From positions 58,866-122,865 of the forward strand of contig CAYNUH010000002.1 in the NCBI GenBank assembly GCA_964400605.1: a DNA stretch of 64,000 bases, given 5' to 3'. This DNA is from an uncultured Acidobacteriota bacterium. Its GTDB lineage: Bacteria; Acidobacteriota; Polarisedimenticolia; JACPZX01. The notes under the pieces are model-generated. The model did not search any database. It was given only the letters and a program-made list of their open reading frames with translations, and was not told the origin of the DNA. A program made the position numbers and the translations under genes. Below are positions 41,856 to 51,526 of the stretch, piece by piece (positions within the stretch are counted from its first letter, which is position 1; each line of letters begins with the position of its first letter).

Positions 41856-42347
41856 ATGCCATTGTTCGCCGACGCTCTCCGTGTGATCAACGGGATGAAG
41901 GGCGACGGCGTCGTTGAAGACTATGCCATCGCCGGGGCGATGGCGCTGGTGTTCTGGACCGAGCCGATCCCGACCTTCGACCTCGACTTTCTCGTGTTCC
42001 TGCCCGGTGACGAGGCGACCATCGTCAGCCTCGAACCGATCTACCGCTGGACGGCGGAGCGCGGCTACAGGACGCAGGCCGAGCACGTGATGATCGAGGG
42101 AGTGCCGCTGCGGTTCCTGCCGGCCCACAACGCCCTCGCTGATGAGGCGATTGAGCGGGCCGCGACGCTCGAGTACGAGGGAGTGCCCGTACGTGTCGTC
42201 AGGCCTGAGTACCTCGCGGCGCTCTATCTGGAGCCAGGCGCACGCACACTGAAGCGGCGGGAGCGGGCCGCCGCGCTCAGGGAATCGCCCACGATCGATC
42301 TGGCCGTGCTCGAGGGCCTCCTCAAGCGGTTCGATCTGGAGCCCTGA
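41856..42347 (+). CDS. hypothetical protein, possibly a minimal nucleotidyltransferase-fold protein
   Basis: 163 aa with a GDG...DLDFL pattern reminiscent of the Pol-beta NTase fold. Orphan gene between two operons. Confidence 0.35.
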   Translation: MPLFADALRVINGMKGDGVVEDYAIAGAMALVFWTEPIPTFDLDFLVFLPGDEATIVSLEPIYRWTAERGYRTQAEHVMIEGVPLRFLPAHNALADEAIERAATLEYEGVPVRVVRPEYLAALYLEPGARTLKRRERAAALRESPTIDLAVLEGLLKRFDLEP

Positions 42348-42350
42348 GAC

Positions 42351-42563
42351 ATGGCCGGGGCGCCTCGCCGGAGACCGCGGCCGACCCCGGAGTTGACGGC
42401 CGCACTGCGGGCCGGCAAGGCCGAACTCCACCGACAGCGTGCCCACATGCGGCTCCGCGAGAAGGTTCGGATCGTTCTCGAGCTGCAGCGCATCTGCCTG
42501 CCGCTCGTCGAGCACCAGCGTCGGCTCGCGCCCTGGGAACGGCCCTGGCCGGTCGTGCCGTAA
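42351..42563 (+). CDS. small hypothetical protein (70 aa), possible partner of the preceding gene
   Basis: Starts 4 nt after the stop of the previous gene. Arg-rich helical sequence. Weak call. Confidence 0.2.
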   Translation: MAGAPRRRPRPTPELTAALRAGKAELHRQRAHMRLREKVRIVLELQRICLPLVEHQRRLAPWERPWPVVP

Positions 42564-42846
42564 CGATCTCGAGCGACGCGGGTACGCGGCAGCGATAACG
42601 ATTTCGCGCCTCGCCGCCGCCGTGGAGTCCAGCTTCGAGGGTTCCTCCGCATCGATTCCGGTCCCACCACCGTAAGCCGAAGCGCGAACTGCTCGGTCTT
42701 CCTCGTCAGTCGGTGCAGCGAGGCCTTCCGCTGGGGACGTTCTGGTTGAGGCCGACGCCGGAAGCCCCTCCTCTAGGGTGGGCCCTTCGCCGCCGGGAGG
42801 CGCACGCGGTCACAGCTTGAAGCTCACGGCCGGCTCGGCAGAGCCA

Positions 42847-44928
42847 TCAGGGACCTTGGCTGTAGCCGGGGATGGCGGCCATCTCGGCGTCGATCTGGGC
42901 CAGTTGAGCGAGCGCGGAGGCCCGCGCGTCCCTCTCGTTCAGCGAGAGCGGCCAGGGGAGGCCGGTGAGCTGGGCCTCGATCTCCTCCAGGTCCCTTCTG
43001 GCCGTCTCGTACTGATAGCGGGCGGTCTTCGGGTCCTGGGCGGCCGCGCTTCGCGCCAGCGTCCGGTACGTGCGGGCCCTCGTGCGCAGGAGGACGAGTC
43101 GGTAGGAGAGAGGCAGGTCGCTCAGGCGATCGCGCGCCGCGTCGAGGAAGTGGATCGCCGCCACGTGATCCGCCTCCCGCCGCACGAGAACGCCCTGATC
43201 GCGGTCGAATCGGCGGAACGGGTAGCTGAGGTTCACGCCCAGCGCGAGGTTGGCGTACGGGGCGTACATGCTGCCCGGGTGCTGCCGGGCGATCTCCTCG
43301 AGGTTTCTCTTCCCCCGCTCGAGGTGGTCACCCCCCAGGAAGCGCAGAAACCTCCGCGACTCGGGCTCGGTGATGAGGGCGTAGGCGTCGGGGGCGTAAG
43401 CGTCGGGGGTGAAAGCGGGCGCGAACGGCATCGGGGCGATCGAAACCTCGACCGGGGCGGATCTCGCCGCCACGGAGTAGGGTGCCGGCGGGACAGCCGC
43501 CAGGCCAGGGGGCGCGCTCCGCGCCGTCATGCCGGTCAGGCTCGCCATCACGTGGATGCCGGGGGCGGCGGCTGCACCTCCGTCGTGCAAGGCCACGCCC
43601 TGGGGAGCGGCGGGTACGTCGAGATCGATGCCGGTGACGCTCACGCTTGCCGTGAGCGGCGTGCTCTTGAGGCCCGCCTCGTCGGCGAGGAAGGGGATGG
43701 AGTCGGACTGGAGGTCGTTGGGATCCGGCGAGGAGCCGGTCCAGAGCTTCAGGTAACCGAGCGCCGGATCGAGGCTGCGCTCGGAGAGGTACTCGACGAT
43801 CCCCTCCCCATTCGGGTCCACGTTGACGACGACGCGCACGCGGACCGGCTCGCCGGGGATGTAAGAATCTTTCTCGGGGACGACGACGAGGTTCAGCCAC
43901 GACGGCGCCGATCCAGCCTCCGCCAGCGCCCGAGTGGAGCAGAGGTCGCCGCAGGCGCTCGCCGTCGTGCCATGCATCTTTCTCTCGTGCGCGTTCGGAT
44001 CCACGTCGCACCAGTCGGAGCCGTGCCAGCCTGGACGCACCTCGACGCGGGAGTGGCTGCCGACATGCTCGAGGGCCCAGGCTCCGAAGGCCCACGTCGT
44101 CCCGGGGCAGTCGTCCGCCCTGCAGACGCTGTCGCAGGCGATCTCGGCGTGGTGAAGGTTGAGCACGTGTCCCAGTTCGTGGATGGCCGTCGCGAGCCGG
44201 TCCCCGTCCGATGTGTGGGCGCAGTAGTGCACGACAAAGTCCTCGCGGCAGCGGTTCCCGCACTCGATTGCCGCCAGGCCGCCCAGATGGCCGAGGGGGC
44301 TCGACTCCAGCCAGATCTCGCCCTTGTAGTTGCAGCTCCCGCCGGACTTGTCCCAGCAGCAGGGAAGCGCCAGTCCGTGCGCGTACCAGAAGCCGTACAG
44401 GGACCAGAAAGACGTCCCGCCCTTCATGTCCTGTGTCGAGTCGACGAGCCCAGCGATCTCGCCACGTTCGAAGCAGATCTCCTCGTAAGCGTTGGGAAGG
44501 TTGGTGTCTCTGAGGACGTCGCAGGCCGGCCCCCCCAGCCTCAGCGAGTCCAGCGCCAGCGTGTTCGGATCCGGGACTGAGGGCCGACCCCGCGGAACGG
44601 TCAACCGTGTGTAGGAGAACGGCTGCTCGTCGATCATCACGAGGATCCCCGCCTTGCTGAACGCCCCGCCGAGGGTGGCGCCGCCGGCGGAAAGGACGGG
44701 CTCGTAGTCTCTCAGCTCGTCAAACTCCACCAGGAGCAGGGGGAGCTGGATGGACGGAGACCAACTCAGCGTGTCGCACTCCACGTGGAGCCAGCCGCCC
44801 AGCAGCAGCGGCAGGAGAGCCGCCGCCAACCGGCCGAGCACGCCTCCGCGCGGCCGCACCCTCCCGGCGGATCCCGCCTCCGCGCCGAGGCCGCTACGGC
44901 TTCTGGGGAGGGTTGTGAATCGGGCCAT
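42847..44928 (-). CDS. secreted zinc-dependent metalloprotease (HExxH zincin) with a Cys-rich domain
   Basis: Signal-peptide-like N-terminus; AIHELGHVLNLHH; many Cys; last gene of the ECF-STK-CHAT operon. Confidence 0.6.
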   Translation of the reverse strand: MARFTTLPRSRSGLGAEAGSAGRVRPRGGVLGRLAAALLPLLLGGWLHVECDTLSWSPSIQLPLLLVEFDELRDYEPVLSAGGATLGGAFSKAGILVMIDEQPFSYTRLTVPRGRPSVPDPNTLALDSLRLGGPACDVLRDTNLPNAYEEICFERGEIAGLVDSTQDMKGGTSFWSLYGFWYAHGLALPCCWDKSGGSCNYKGEIWLESSPLGHLGGLAAIECGNRCREDFVVHYCAHTSDGDRLATAIHELGHVLNLHHAEIACDSVCRADDCPGTTWAFGAWALEHVGSHSRVEVRPGWHGSDWCDVDPNAHERKMHGTTASACGDLCSTRALAEAGSAPSWLNLVVVPEKDSYIPGEPVRVRVVVNVDPNGEGIVEYLSERSLDPALGYLKLWTGSSPDPNDLQSDSIPFLADEAGLKSTPLTASVSVTGIDLDVPAAPQGVALHDGGAAAAPGIHVMASLTGMTARSAPPGLAAVPPAPYSVAARSAPVEVSIAPMPFAPAFTPDAYAPDAYALITEPESRRFLRFLGGDHLERGKRNLEEIARQHPGSMYAPYANLALGVNLSYPFRRFDRDQGVLVRREADHVAAIHFLDAARDRLSDLPLSYRLVLLRTRARTYRTLARSAAAQDPKTARYQYETARRDLEEIEAQLTGLPWPLSLNERDARASALAQLAQIDAEMAAIPGYSQGP
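43381..43410 (+). repeat. 15-bp perfect in-frame tandem duplication
   Basis: gcgtaggcgtcgggg / gcgtaagcgtcgggg encodes PDAYA-PDAYA inside the metalloprotease. Confidence 0.5.
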
Positions 44929-45664
44929 GGTTCGGGCCTCCCTTCACGTGGACCTCAATGCTGGTGACGTCAGTCCAGGATCCGTCGGGAGTCCTACCCT
45001 TGAAGACCTCGACGACGTGGTTGGCCTCCTTGGCGAGGGTGAAGGTGTATTTGCGGTGCAGCCCCTGCGGTCCGGACTTCACGGAGAGGCCGTTATCCCG
45101 GTTCTCCCACAGGGTGATCCCGCCGCGGAAAGGCTCGAAGTACTTGTGGAGCGACTTGGGCTTGCCGGTGTTGGTGTCGATCGGGAACTGCCGAGGAAGG
45201 TCCGCGAGGCTCATCGGAGGAAAGGATGGGAACGCCTGGCTACCCCTGGCCACGATGTTGATCCAGATCGCGTAATTGGGATCGCTGACGCTGAACTCCG
45301 CCTCCGAGATCGTCTTGACGAGGGAGCCGTCGTTCTTGTGCAGCGTGACGGAGTCGAGCTCGCTCGCCGGCTGCCCCCCCGTGTACGGGATGGCCTTGCC
45401 GAGCTGGAAGACGACCCCGTGCCAGAGCCTCTCTCTTTCCACCCAATTCCCGCCCTGGTACGTGAAGGTGTTGTTCTCGGCCATCCAGACAGCCGTGTCG
45501 TCGTCGTGGATGACAAGGGTCACTTCAGGCCCCCCCGCGACGATCGGAATGCCGACGAGTTGCAACTGGGGGGGCCTGGAGTAGAAGAAGTAGGAAAGAG
45601 CGAGCAGGGCCAGGATGGCCACGGCGAGAGATAGCGCCATCACTTGCGTCACATTCCGTTCCAT
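44894..45664 (-). CDS. membrane-anchored (signal-anchor) periplasmic hypothetical protein
   Basis: A GGAGGA ribosome-binding site; MERNVTQVMALSLAVAILALLAL TM; beta-rich soluble domain with no recognised family. Confidence 0.5.
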   Translation of the reverse strand: MERNVTQVMALSLAVAILALLALSYFFYSRPPQLQLVGIPIVAGGPEVTLVIHDDDTAVWMAENNTFTYQGGNWVERERLWHGVVFQLGKAIPYTGGQPASELDSVTLHKNDGSLVKTISEAEFSVSDPNYAIWINIVARGSQAFPSFPPMSLADLPRQFPIDTNTGKPKSLHKYFEPFRGGITLWENRDNGLSVKSGPQGLHRKYTFTLAKEANHVVEVFKGRTPDGSWTDVTSIEVHVKGGPNHGPIHNPPQKP

Positions 45665-45715
45665 TTTGGTCCTCCAAGCGGCGGCCCGAGGCCGCCGCAT
45701 CCGTCCGTCACGCGC

Positions 45716-48700
45716 TCAACGCCACTCTCCGGCCGCGACGAAGCCGCCCCAGGTGAAGGGGTCGGTTTCCCTCCCGGCCTCTCTCCGCCGCCGCAGGATC
45801 TCACGGCTCGCTTCGCGCACCGCCTCGGCCGTGCCGAGCCGGTCGCGGAGGCGCTTCTCGTACAGGATCCTCATCCACTCCCTCGCGGCGCGGTCCTCCA
45901 CCGGCCAGAGGCTCATGATCACCGTCCGGGCTCCCGCGATCTGAAAGGCGCGCCGCAATCCGAGCACCCCCTCGCCCGGACGGATCTCGCCGCCCCCAGT
46001 GTCGCAGCCCGACAGGACCGCCCACTCGACGCCCGCGAGGTTCAGCGTGGCGATCTCCGCCGCCGTCAGGATCCCGTCTTCCTCCTCAGGCGCCGCGGCG
46101 TCGCGCCGGTTGGCGCCCGCGAACGCGAGGCCAGCGAGGAGCAGGGGGTTTTCGTCCGTGGGAAGCGTCTGCGGCTCCGCGCTCACCGCGGTCGCGAGGC
46201 TTCCAATGCCGCGGCGGCCGGTCTCCTCCGTGGCGGCAGGACAGCCGCCGTCGAGGAAGAAGCCGTGTGTCGCGAGATGGAGGATCCGCCGTCCGGGCGC
46301 CGCCTCCTTGAATGCTGCTTCGGTCGCGCGGGGGCCGGCGAGGTACAGGGCGTTGCCAGCTTGTCCTTGTGGGGCCGCGCTCCTCCAGAGCGCCATGACT
46401 TCCTCCGCCTCCGCCCCGGAGGCTGGAAGGTCCCCGAACCGAAGCGTCCGGAGATCGCCGCAGGCGCGGCGCTCGCCCCTGAAGGAGCCCCCCGACCGAT
46501 CGGAACCAGGAGGGCTCCCCGGCGGCCGGACGGCCGCGAGTGCCGCCGCGGGCTCCTCGGGCCGCTCGTCGAAGGCCGGCCCGCCGAGCGCGAGGAGCCC
46601 CGCGCCGAGCGGCGCCGGGTCGCCGGAGGCGGCCACGTCCCGCTCGGCCGACAGGTAGTGGAAGAGGGGCCCCGACTCGATCAGGTAGGCTCCGTGGCCA
46701 TCGGGGAGCGCCGCGAAGCTCACCCTGTGGAGCGCGCCGTCCGGCACGATGAAGACGGCGGCGGTCCCGCTGACCGAACGGGCGACGGGGTCCCAGATCG
46801 CGCGGCGCAGGGCGTCGCCCGCGGTCCCGCCAGCGTCGAGGATGGGACCCGCGGGGGCCTCGCGAGATCCGCGGTGCTCCAGGATCTCGGCGCGCCAGCG
46901 CGCGACGGCGTGGTGGACCGCGCCAGCGGGGCCGAGATCGACGAAGCGGGGTTCGCCTCCTTCAGAAGAATGCACGAAGGCGGCGTACCTGCTCGCTGCC
47001 TTCCCCGGGTCCCGGAGGTCGTCGTAGAGCGTGTAGGCCACGAGCGCCGTCCCGGCTGGGAGCTTTCGCGTGATCTCCTCCAGACCGATCCCCTTCCGGC
47101 CGCCGGAGGGGGCGGGTGAGGCGCCGGACTCGGCCAGGAGACGCTCCAGCCGCTCCTTTTCCGCCCGCAGCGCCTCGAGGCGGGAGCGGTACGCGGCCAG
47201 GTTCTCGGCTTCCGATCCGCGCAGCGACTCCTGCGCCAGCCGTCGGGTGACCTGGATCAGATCCGAAGACAGCAGAGCGGCCTCCCCGATCGCCGTTTCC
47301 CCGGCGGAGCGCATGCGGGCGGCCATCTCGTCCAGGACGAGCGCGCGTGATCGGACGACGGCGTCCCACACTCTCCCACCCGCTCCCGGGATCCCTCCCG
47401 TCGCCGCTACCGTGAGGGCGAGATCGAGGGCCGAGGACCTGACCTCCGCATAGCGAAGCGCCTGCCTCTCGGGGAGCGTCCGCACCGTCAGGATCAGGTG
47501 TTCCCGACCGATCGCCTCGGCCAGGAGAGCCTGATCGAGCGCCGCCGAGGATTGCCCGCCCGCGAAGAGGACGAGGGCGAGATCTCTTCGGATCTCGGCC
47601 ACCTTCGGGTGCTGCGGCCCGAGGCTCCTCTCGGCGTTCCGCAGCGCTCGTTCGCCGGCCGCGCGCGCGCCCGCGAGGTCGCCCTCCTGGAGGTCCAGCC
47701 GCGCCGTCCCGCGGAGGGCCTCGGCCACGAGAGGATGCTCGCCGCCGACGGAGCCTCCAAGGATCCCGAGGGCGCGGCTGTAAAGCGCGCGGGCTTCTTC
47801 GCGATCGCCCGCCGTCGCGCGGAGGCCCGCGAGCCCCACGAGGCTTCGGGCGATCTCCGGGTGGGTGGCGCCCAGGTGCTTCTCCCGGATCGCGAGCGCC
47901 GCCTCGCAGAGGTAGCGCGCCCGGAGAGGATCCCCCATCTCGGCGAGGAGCAGTCCCAGACGCTCCTGGCTCCACGCGAGGTCGATGTGGCCGGGCCCCA
48001 GGGTGTGGCGCCGGATCTCGAGGGCGCTCTCGTACATCTCTCGCGCGCCCGACAGATCCCCAGTCCAATGGAGCAGCTCCGCGAGATCGTCCATGGTCTT
48101 CGCAACGCCGCGATCCTCGGGGCCGAGGGCCTTCCTCTGGATCTCTAGCGCGCGCTCGTAGAGGGAGCGCGCCGCGGCGTAGTCCCCTTCGCTGACGTGG
48201 TTATAGGCGAGATTGCTGAGGCTCCACGCGACGTGGAGGTGGTCGCCGCCAAGGCGCTTCTCGCGGATCGCCAGTGCACGCTCGTACAGATTCCGCGCGC
48301 GGGAGTACGCGCCCTCGGCCTCATGAAGCTCCGAGAGCCCGGTGAGCGTCCAGGCCACGTCGAGGCTTTCGGGGCCGAGGATCTCCTCCTGAATCGAGAG
48401 GGCTTCCTCGTACCGGGCCATCGCCCCTTTGTAATCGCCGCTTCCGTGGAGGGCAATTGCGAGGTTGTTCAGAGTCATCGCGACGTCGGCGTGCCGGCGG
48501 CCGTACGCCGCAGTGAGGATCCGCAGGGCCGCCTCGTAATCGCGGATCGCGGTGCGGTAGTCGCCGGAGCCGAACGACAGCCCGGCGAGATCGATGAGCG
48601 TCCGGGCGACGTCCGGGTCGTCCGGGCCGAGGAGCTTCCTCCTTAGCGCGAGGACACGGCGGTAGAGGCGGCCGGCCTCCGGGGTGTCGCCGGCCGCCTC

Positions 48701-49207
48701 GAGGACGCAGGCCAGGTTCCGCATGGAGGTCGCGACCTCGAGGTGCTCGGGGCCGAAGATCTCTTCCTTGATCCTCAGCGCGCGCTCGGCCGTCTCGCGG
48801 GCCTCGGGGCTTGACGCCCGGCCGCTCCTCCAGAAGACCTCGGCGAGGAGATCCATCGCCGCGGCGCTCTCGAGCGACCGTGGCCCGAAATCCGCGGTCA
48901 AGCGTGACAGCGCCTGCCGCGCGAGCGAATGCGCCTCGTCGAACCGGGCTCCCTTGAGGAGCGCCCGGGCCTCGTCCAGCGCCTGCCGCGCCGCGGAGTC
49001 GAGGGCGGGCGCTCCGCGCCCAGCCTCCTCCGCGGGGAGAGGATCCGCACGGGCTTCCCCTCCAGGGACCAGAAAGGAGAGGACGAGGCCCACGGCCAGT
49101 CGTCCGCACAGTCTGAGCGCCGCGGCTCCGAGCGCGGCGGATCCCCGGGCGGCGCGATCGTCCCCCCGTGCCTTCATTGCCTCGGATTCTCCAAGTCGAT
49201 CTGCCAC
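45716..49207 (-). CDS. secreted TPR-repeat protein with a C-terminal CHAT (caspase-like) protease domain
   Basis: Signal peptide; at least 10 TPR units (the AxxLxNLAxxxxxxGDY pattern); C-terminal CHAT with HLATHG (His) and LSGCDTG (Cys) dyad. The ATG at 49177 forms an ATGA overlap with the kinase stop; an alternative start is the GTG at 49207. Confidence 0.75.
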   Translation of the reverse strand: MADRLGESEAMKARGDDRAARGSAALGAAALRLCGRLAVGLVLSFLVPGGEARADPLPAEEAGRGAPALDSAARQALDEARALLKGARFDEAHSLARQALSRLTADFGPRSLESAAAMDLLAEVFWRSGRASSPEARETAERALRIKEEIFGPEHLEVATSMRNLACVLEAAGDTPEAGRLYRRVLALRRKLLGPDDPDVARTLIDLAGLSFGSGDYRTAIRDYEAALRILTAAYGRRHADVAMTLNNLAIALHGSGDYKGAMARYEEALSIQEEILGPESLDVAWTLTGLSELHEAEGAYSRARNLYERALAIREKRLGGDHLHVAWSLSNLAYNHVSEGDYAAARSLYERALEIQRKALGPEDRGVAKTMDDLAELLHWTGDLSGAREMYESALEIRRHTLGPGHIDLAWSQERLGLLLAEMGDPLRARYLCEAALAIREKHLGATHPEIARSLVGLAGLRATAGDREEARALYSRALGILGGSVGGEHPLVAEALRGTARLDLQEGDLAGARAAGERALRNAERSLGPQHPKVAEIRRDLALVLFAGGQSSAALDQALLAEAIGREHLILTVRTLPERQALRYAEVRSSALDLALTVAATGGIPGAGGRVWDAVVRSRALVLDEMAARMRSAGETAIGEAALLSSDLIQVTRRLAQESLRGSEAENLAAYRSRLEALRAEKERLERLLAESGASPAPSGGRKGIGLEEITRKLPAGTALVAYTLYDDLRDPGKAASRYAAFVHSSEGGEPRFVDLGPAGAVHHAVARWRAEILEHRGSREAPAGPILDAGGTAGDALRRAIWDPVARSVSGTAAVFIVPDGALHRVSFAALPDGHGAYLIESGPLFHYLSAERDVAASGDPAPLGAGLLALGGPAFDERPEEPAAALAAVRPPGSPPGSDRSGGSFRGERRACGDLRTLRFGDLPASGAEAEEVMALWRSAAPQGQAGNALYLAGPRATEAAFKEAAPGRRILHLATHGFFLDGGCPAATEETGRRGIGSLATAVSAEPQTLPTDENPLLLAGLAFAGANRRDAAAPEEEDGILTAAEIATLNLAGVEWAVLSGCDTGGGEIRPGEGVLGLRRAFQIAGARTVIMSLWPVEDRAAREWMRILYEKRLRDRLGTAEAVREASREILRRRREAGRETDPFTWGGFVAAGEWR

Positions 49208-50934
49208 ACCCAGATCCCGACGCCGGGGCTCCGGCCGCTGGAAATCCCGGCTATGACCGAAGAGAGGGTCCGGCGCCCGCCGGGTTCCGTCGGGGCGCCG
49301 GCGTCCGCCACGTGTCCGATCCCCCTCAGCGTCTCCTCCACCCGGCGGCCATCCATCTCGAAAGGCTCGCCGATCTCAGCTTTGGGAGTGCGTTCGATCT
49401 CCTGCGCCAGCGCCGGCAGAGGCTCCCGCGACGCGATCACGAGAACCGACTCCCGGCCTCCGGCGCTGCTGACGAGCCAGTGCTTGGGCCGCTCGTGAAG
49501 CGAGCCGGGGAGGCGGTGCCGCTGCCCGCCTGGCAGCGGGTTCCCCAGATCCAACTCCGGGAGCGGGAACAGCACGAAGGCGGAGCCCGCCTCGTCCTCG
49601 TCGAAGACGTAGACGTGCACGTCGTGCGAGGCCAGGATCTCGAGGAAGAGGTGATCGCCGGGCTCGACCGCGGCGCCGGGCCCGAGCCGCTCCTCGAGGG
49701 CCTCTCCGGCCCGGTAGAGGGAGGCCTCCACTTTGAGGTCTGAGGGAAGGACGAGCGGTCCGAGCAGGGCCCAGAGCCCGGCTGCGAAGAGGAGGGCGGA
49801 GCCCGCCAGCGCTGCGAGCGCTCCGGGGCGTCTCCACCAGGAAGGGGCCGGGAGCGGCGCCTCCGCGGGGGGGTGGGCGCCGACCGCGGCGCACAGATCG
49901 CGCTCCACTTCTCCGGCGGTCGCGTAGCGCCGGGAGGGATCGGGGTCGAGCGCCCGATCCACGATCGTGACGAAGGCCGCGGGGAGATCGGGACGGTGGC
50001 TCCGCAGCGGGGCCGACTCGCGGCCCCGGTGCCTTTCCTCCAGCTCGGCGAAGGATTTGGCCTCGACGGGAAAGCGGGCGGAGACGAGCCGGTAGAGGAC
50101 GACGCCCAGGGAGTAGATGTCGGACGCCGTGCCGGCGTCCTCGTTCCTGAACAGCTCCGGCGCCATGAAGAGAGGCGTGCCCGAGACCGTGTCGCCGCTC
50201 CGGGCCGCATCGAGAGGATCCCTCTCGGCGGAGGCGCTGAAGTCCATCAGAACGATGCGGCCGCCCGCCTCCCGCATGATGTTGGAGGTCTTGACGTCCC
50301 TGTGGATCAGTCCGGCGGCGTGGACCGCCGCGAGGGCGCGGCACAGATCGATGCCGATCATCGTGGCCTCGTCGGCGCCGAGGATCCCCTGCACTTTGAG
50401 GATCTCCTCGAGGGTCCTCCCCTCGATCAGCTCCGTCCAGAGGCCCACGCGTCCCGCGTGGCGGTCCGCGCCGAACACCCTGAGCACGCCCGGATGCCGG
50501 ACCCGGGCGAGCCGGCGGGCCTCGCTGAGGAACCGCTCCAGGCCCTTCTCGTCCTGCCGCCGATCCTCCCTCAGCAGCTTCAGCGCCACGTCGATCTGCA
50601 GCGACGGATCGTGAGCCCTGTACACGTCTCCCCAGGCCCCGCCTCCGAGCCGCGCCACGATCCGGAGCGGCCCCCAGGATACGGGCGGAGGCTGCGCCTC
50701 CAGGGCCGGCGACGGGGACCGATCCACCGTCGTCATCTCGCTGAGTCTTGCCATTGGCCCGATGGGAGCGGGGGGAAGCGATCCGTGCGCGGCCTGGATC
50801 GAGGCGATGAGCCGGAGCTGCTCGATCCGCCCGCGCACCTCGCTGCCCGCAGCCGCCTCGACCTCCCAGTCCACATCCCCTCCGTCGGCGACGGCCGCAG
50901 CGATCCTGATCAGCTTTCCGTCCTCAACGCTCAT
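49174..50934 (-). CDS. membrane Ser/Thr protein kinase (N-terminal cytoplasmic region, Hanks kinase, TM, C-terminal periplasmic domain)
   Basis: GxGxxGxV-like GGGAWGDVY, VALK, HRDVKTSN, DFS (DFG), APE. One TM helix; 11-nt overlap with the ECF sigma gene. Confidence 0.8.
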   Translation of the reverse strand: MSVEDGKLIRIAAAVADGGDVDWEVEAAAGSEVRGRIEQLRLIASIQAAHGSLPPAPIGPMARLSEMTTVDRSPSPALEAQPPPVSWGPLRIVARLGGGAWGDVYRAHDPSLQIDVALKLLREDRRQDEKGLERFLSEARRLARVRHPGVLRVFGADRHAGRVGLWTELIEGRTLEEILKVQGILGADEATMIGIDLCRALAAVHAAGLIHRDVKTSNIMREAGGRIVLMDFSASAERDPLDAARSGDTVSGTPLFMAPELFRNEDAGTASDIYSLGVVLYRLVSARFPVEAKSFAELEERHRGRESAPLRSHRPDLPAAFVTIVDRALDPDPSRRYATAGEVERDLCAAVGAHPPAEAPLPAPSWWRRPGALAALAGSALLFAAGLWALLGPLVLPSDLKVEASLYRAGEALEERLGPGAAVEPGDHLFLEILASHDVHVYVFDEDEAGSAFVLFPLPELDLGNPLPGGQRHRLPGSLHERPKHWLVSSAGGRESVLVIASREPLPALAQEIERTPKAEIGEPFEMDGRRVEETLRGIGHVADAGAPTEPGGRRTLSSVIAGISSGRSPGVGIWVWQIDLENPRQ

Positions 50935-51526
50935 CCATCACCTCGGCCAGCCGCACCAGCGCGCGGGCGACGATCATCCTTGCCGCGTTGGCGGAGGGGC
51001 ATCCGAGCGCCTCGGCGACCTCGCGGTGTGTGAATCCCATCTCGACCCTCATGATGACGGCCTCCTGGTGTTCCTCCGGGAGGGTGGAGAGGGCCCTTTC
51101 GTATCGGTCCAGGGCCTCTTTCCCGATCGCCTGCTCCAGAGGTGAGGGGCCGCCTTCCGGCATCTCCTCATCGAGCGATTTCCGCTCGGGCCTCCGATCC
51201 GACCGCCGGATCTCGTCCCGGATCTGGTTCAGCACGATCTGCCGCAGGTAGGCCAGGAAAGCGCCTTCGTGCCGCGGATCGAACCCCTTCATGCTGTTCA
51301 ACGCTCGGAGGAGGCCGACCTGCACGAGGTCGTCGGTGTCCAGGAGATCGCGCGCCCGGAGCGGCAACCGGCCGCGCGCCCAGCGCTGCAGAGGAGGAAG
51401 GAAGCGTCGGATCAGGCGCTCGCGTGCGGCGGCGTCACCGCCGCGGATGCGGGAGAGAAGGGAGGCGGTCGATTCGAGGCCGGCGGCCTGCTCGGCTGCG
51501 CCGGGATCCGGCCTGGAGTTCGCCAC
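50924..51526 (-). CDS. ECF-type RNA polymerase sigma factor (sigma-70 family regions 2 and 4)
   Basis: Region 2 (DLVQVGLLRA) and region 4 HTH (HREVAEALGCPSANAARMIVARAL); 200 aa. Confidence 0.8.
   Translation of the reverse strand: MANSRPDPGAAEQAAGLESTASLLSRIRGGDAAARERLIRRFLPPLQRWARGRLPLRARDLLDTDDLVQVGLLRALNSMKGFDPRHEGAFLAYLRQIVLNQIRDEIRRSDRRPERKSLDEEMPEGGPSPLEQAIGKEALDRYERALSTLPEEHQEAVIMRVEMGFTHREVAEALGCPSANAARMIVARALVRLAEVMDER

Noticed and set aside
45644-47119. 491-aa + strand ORF
   Set aside because: Antisense to the TPR-CHAT gene. Low-complexity.
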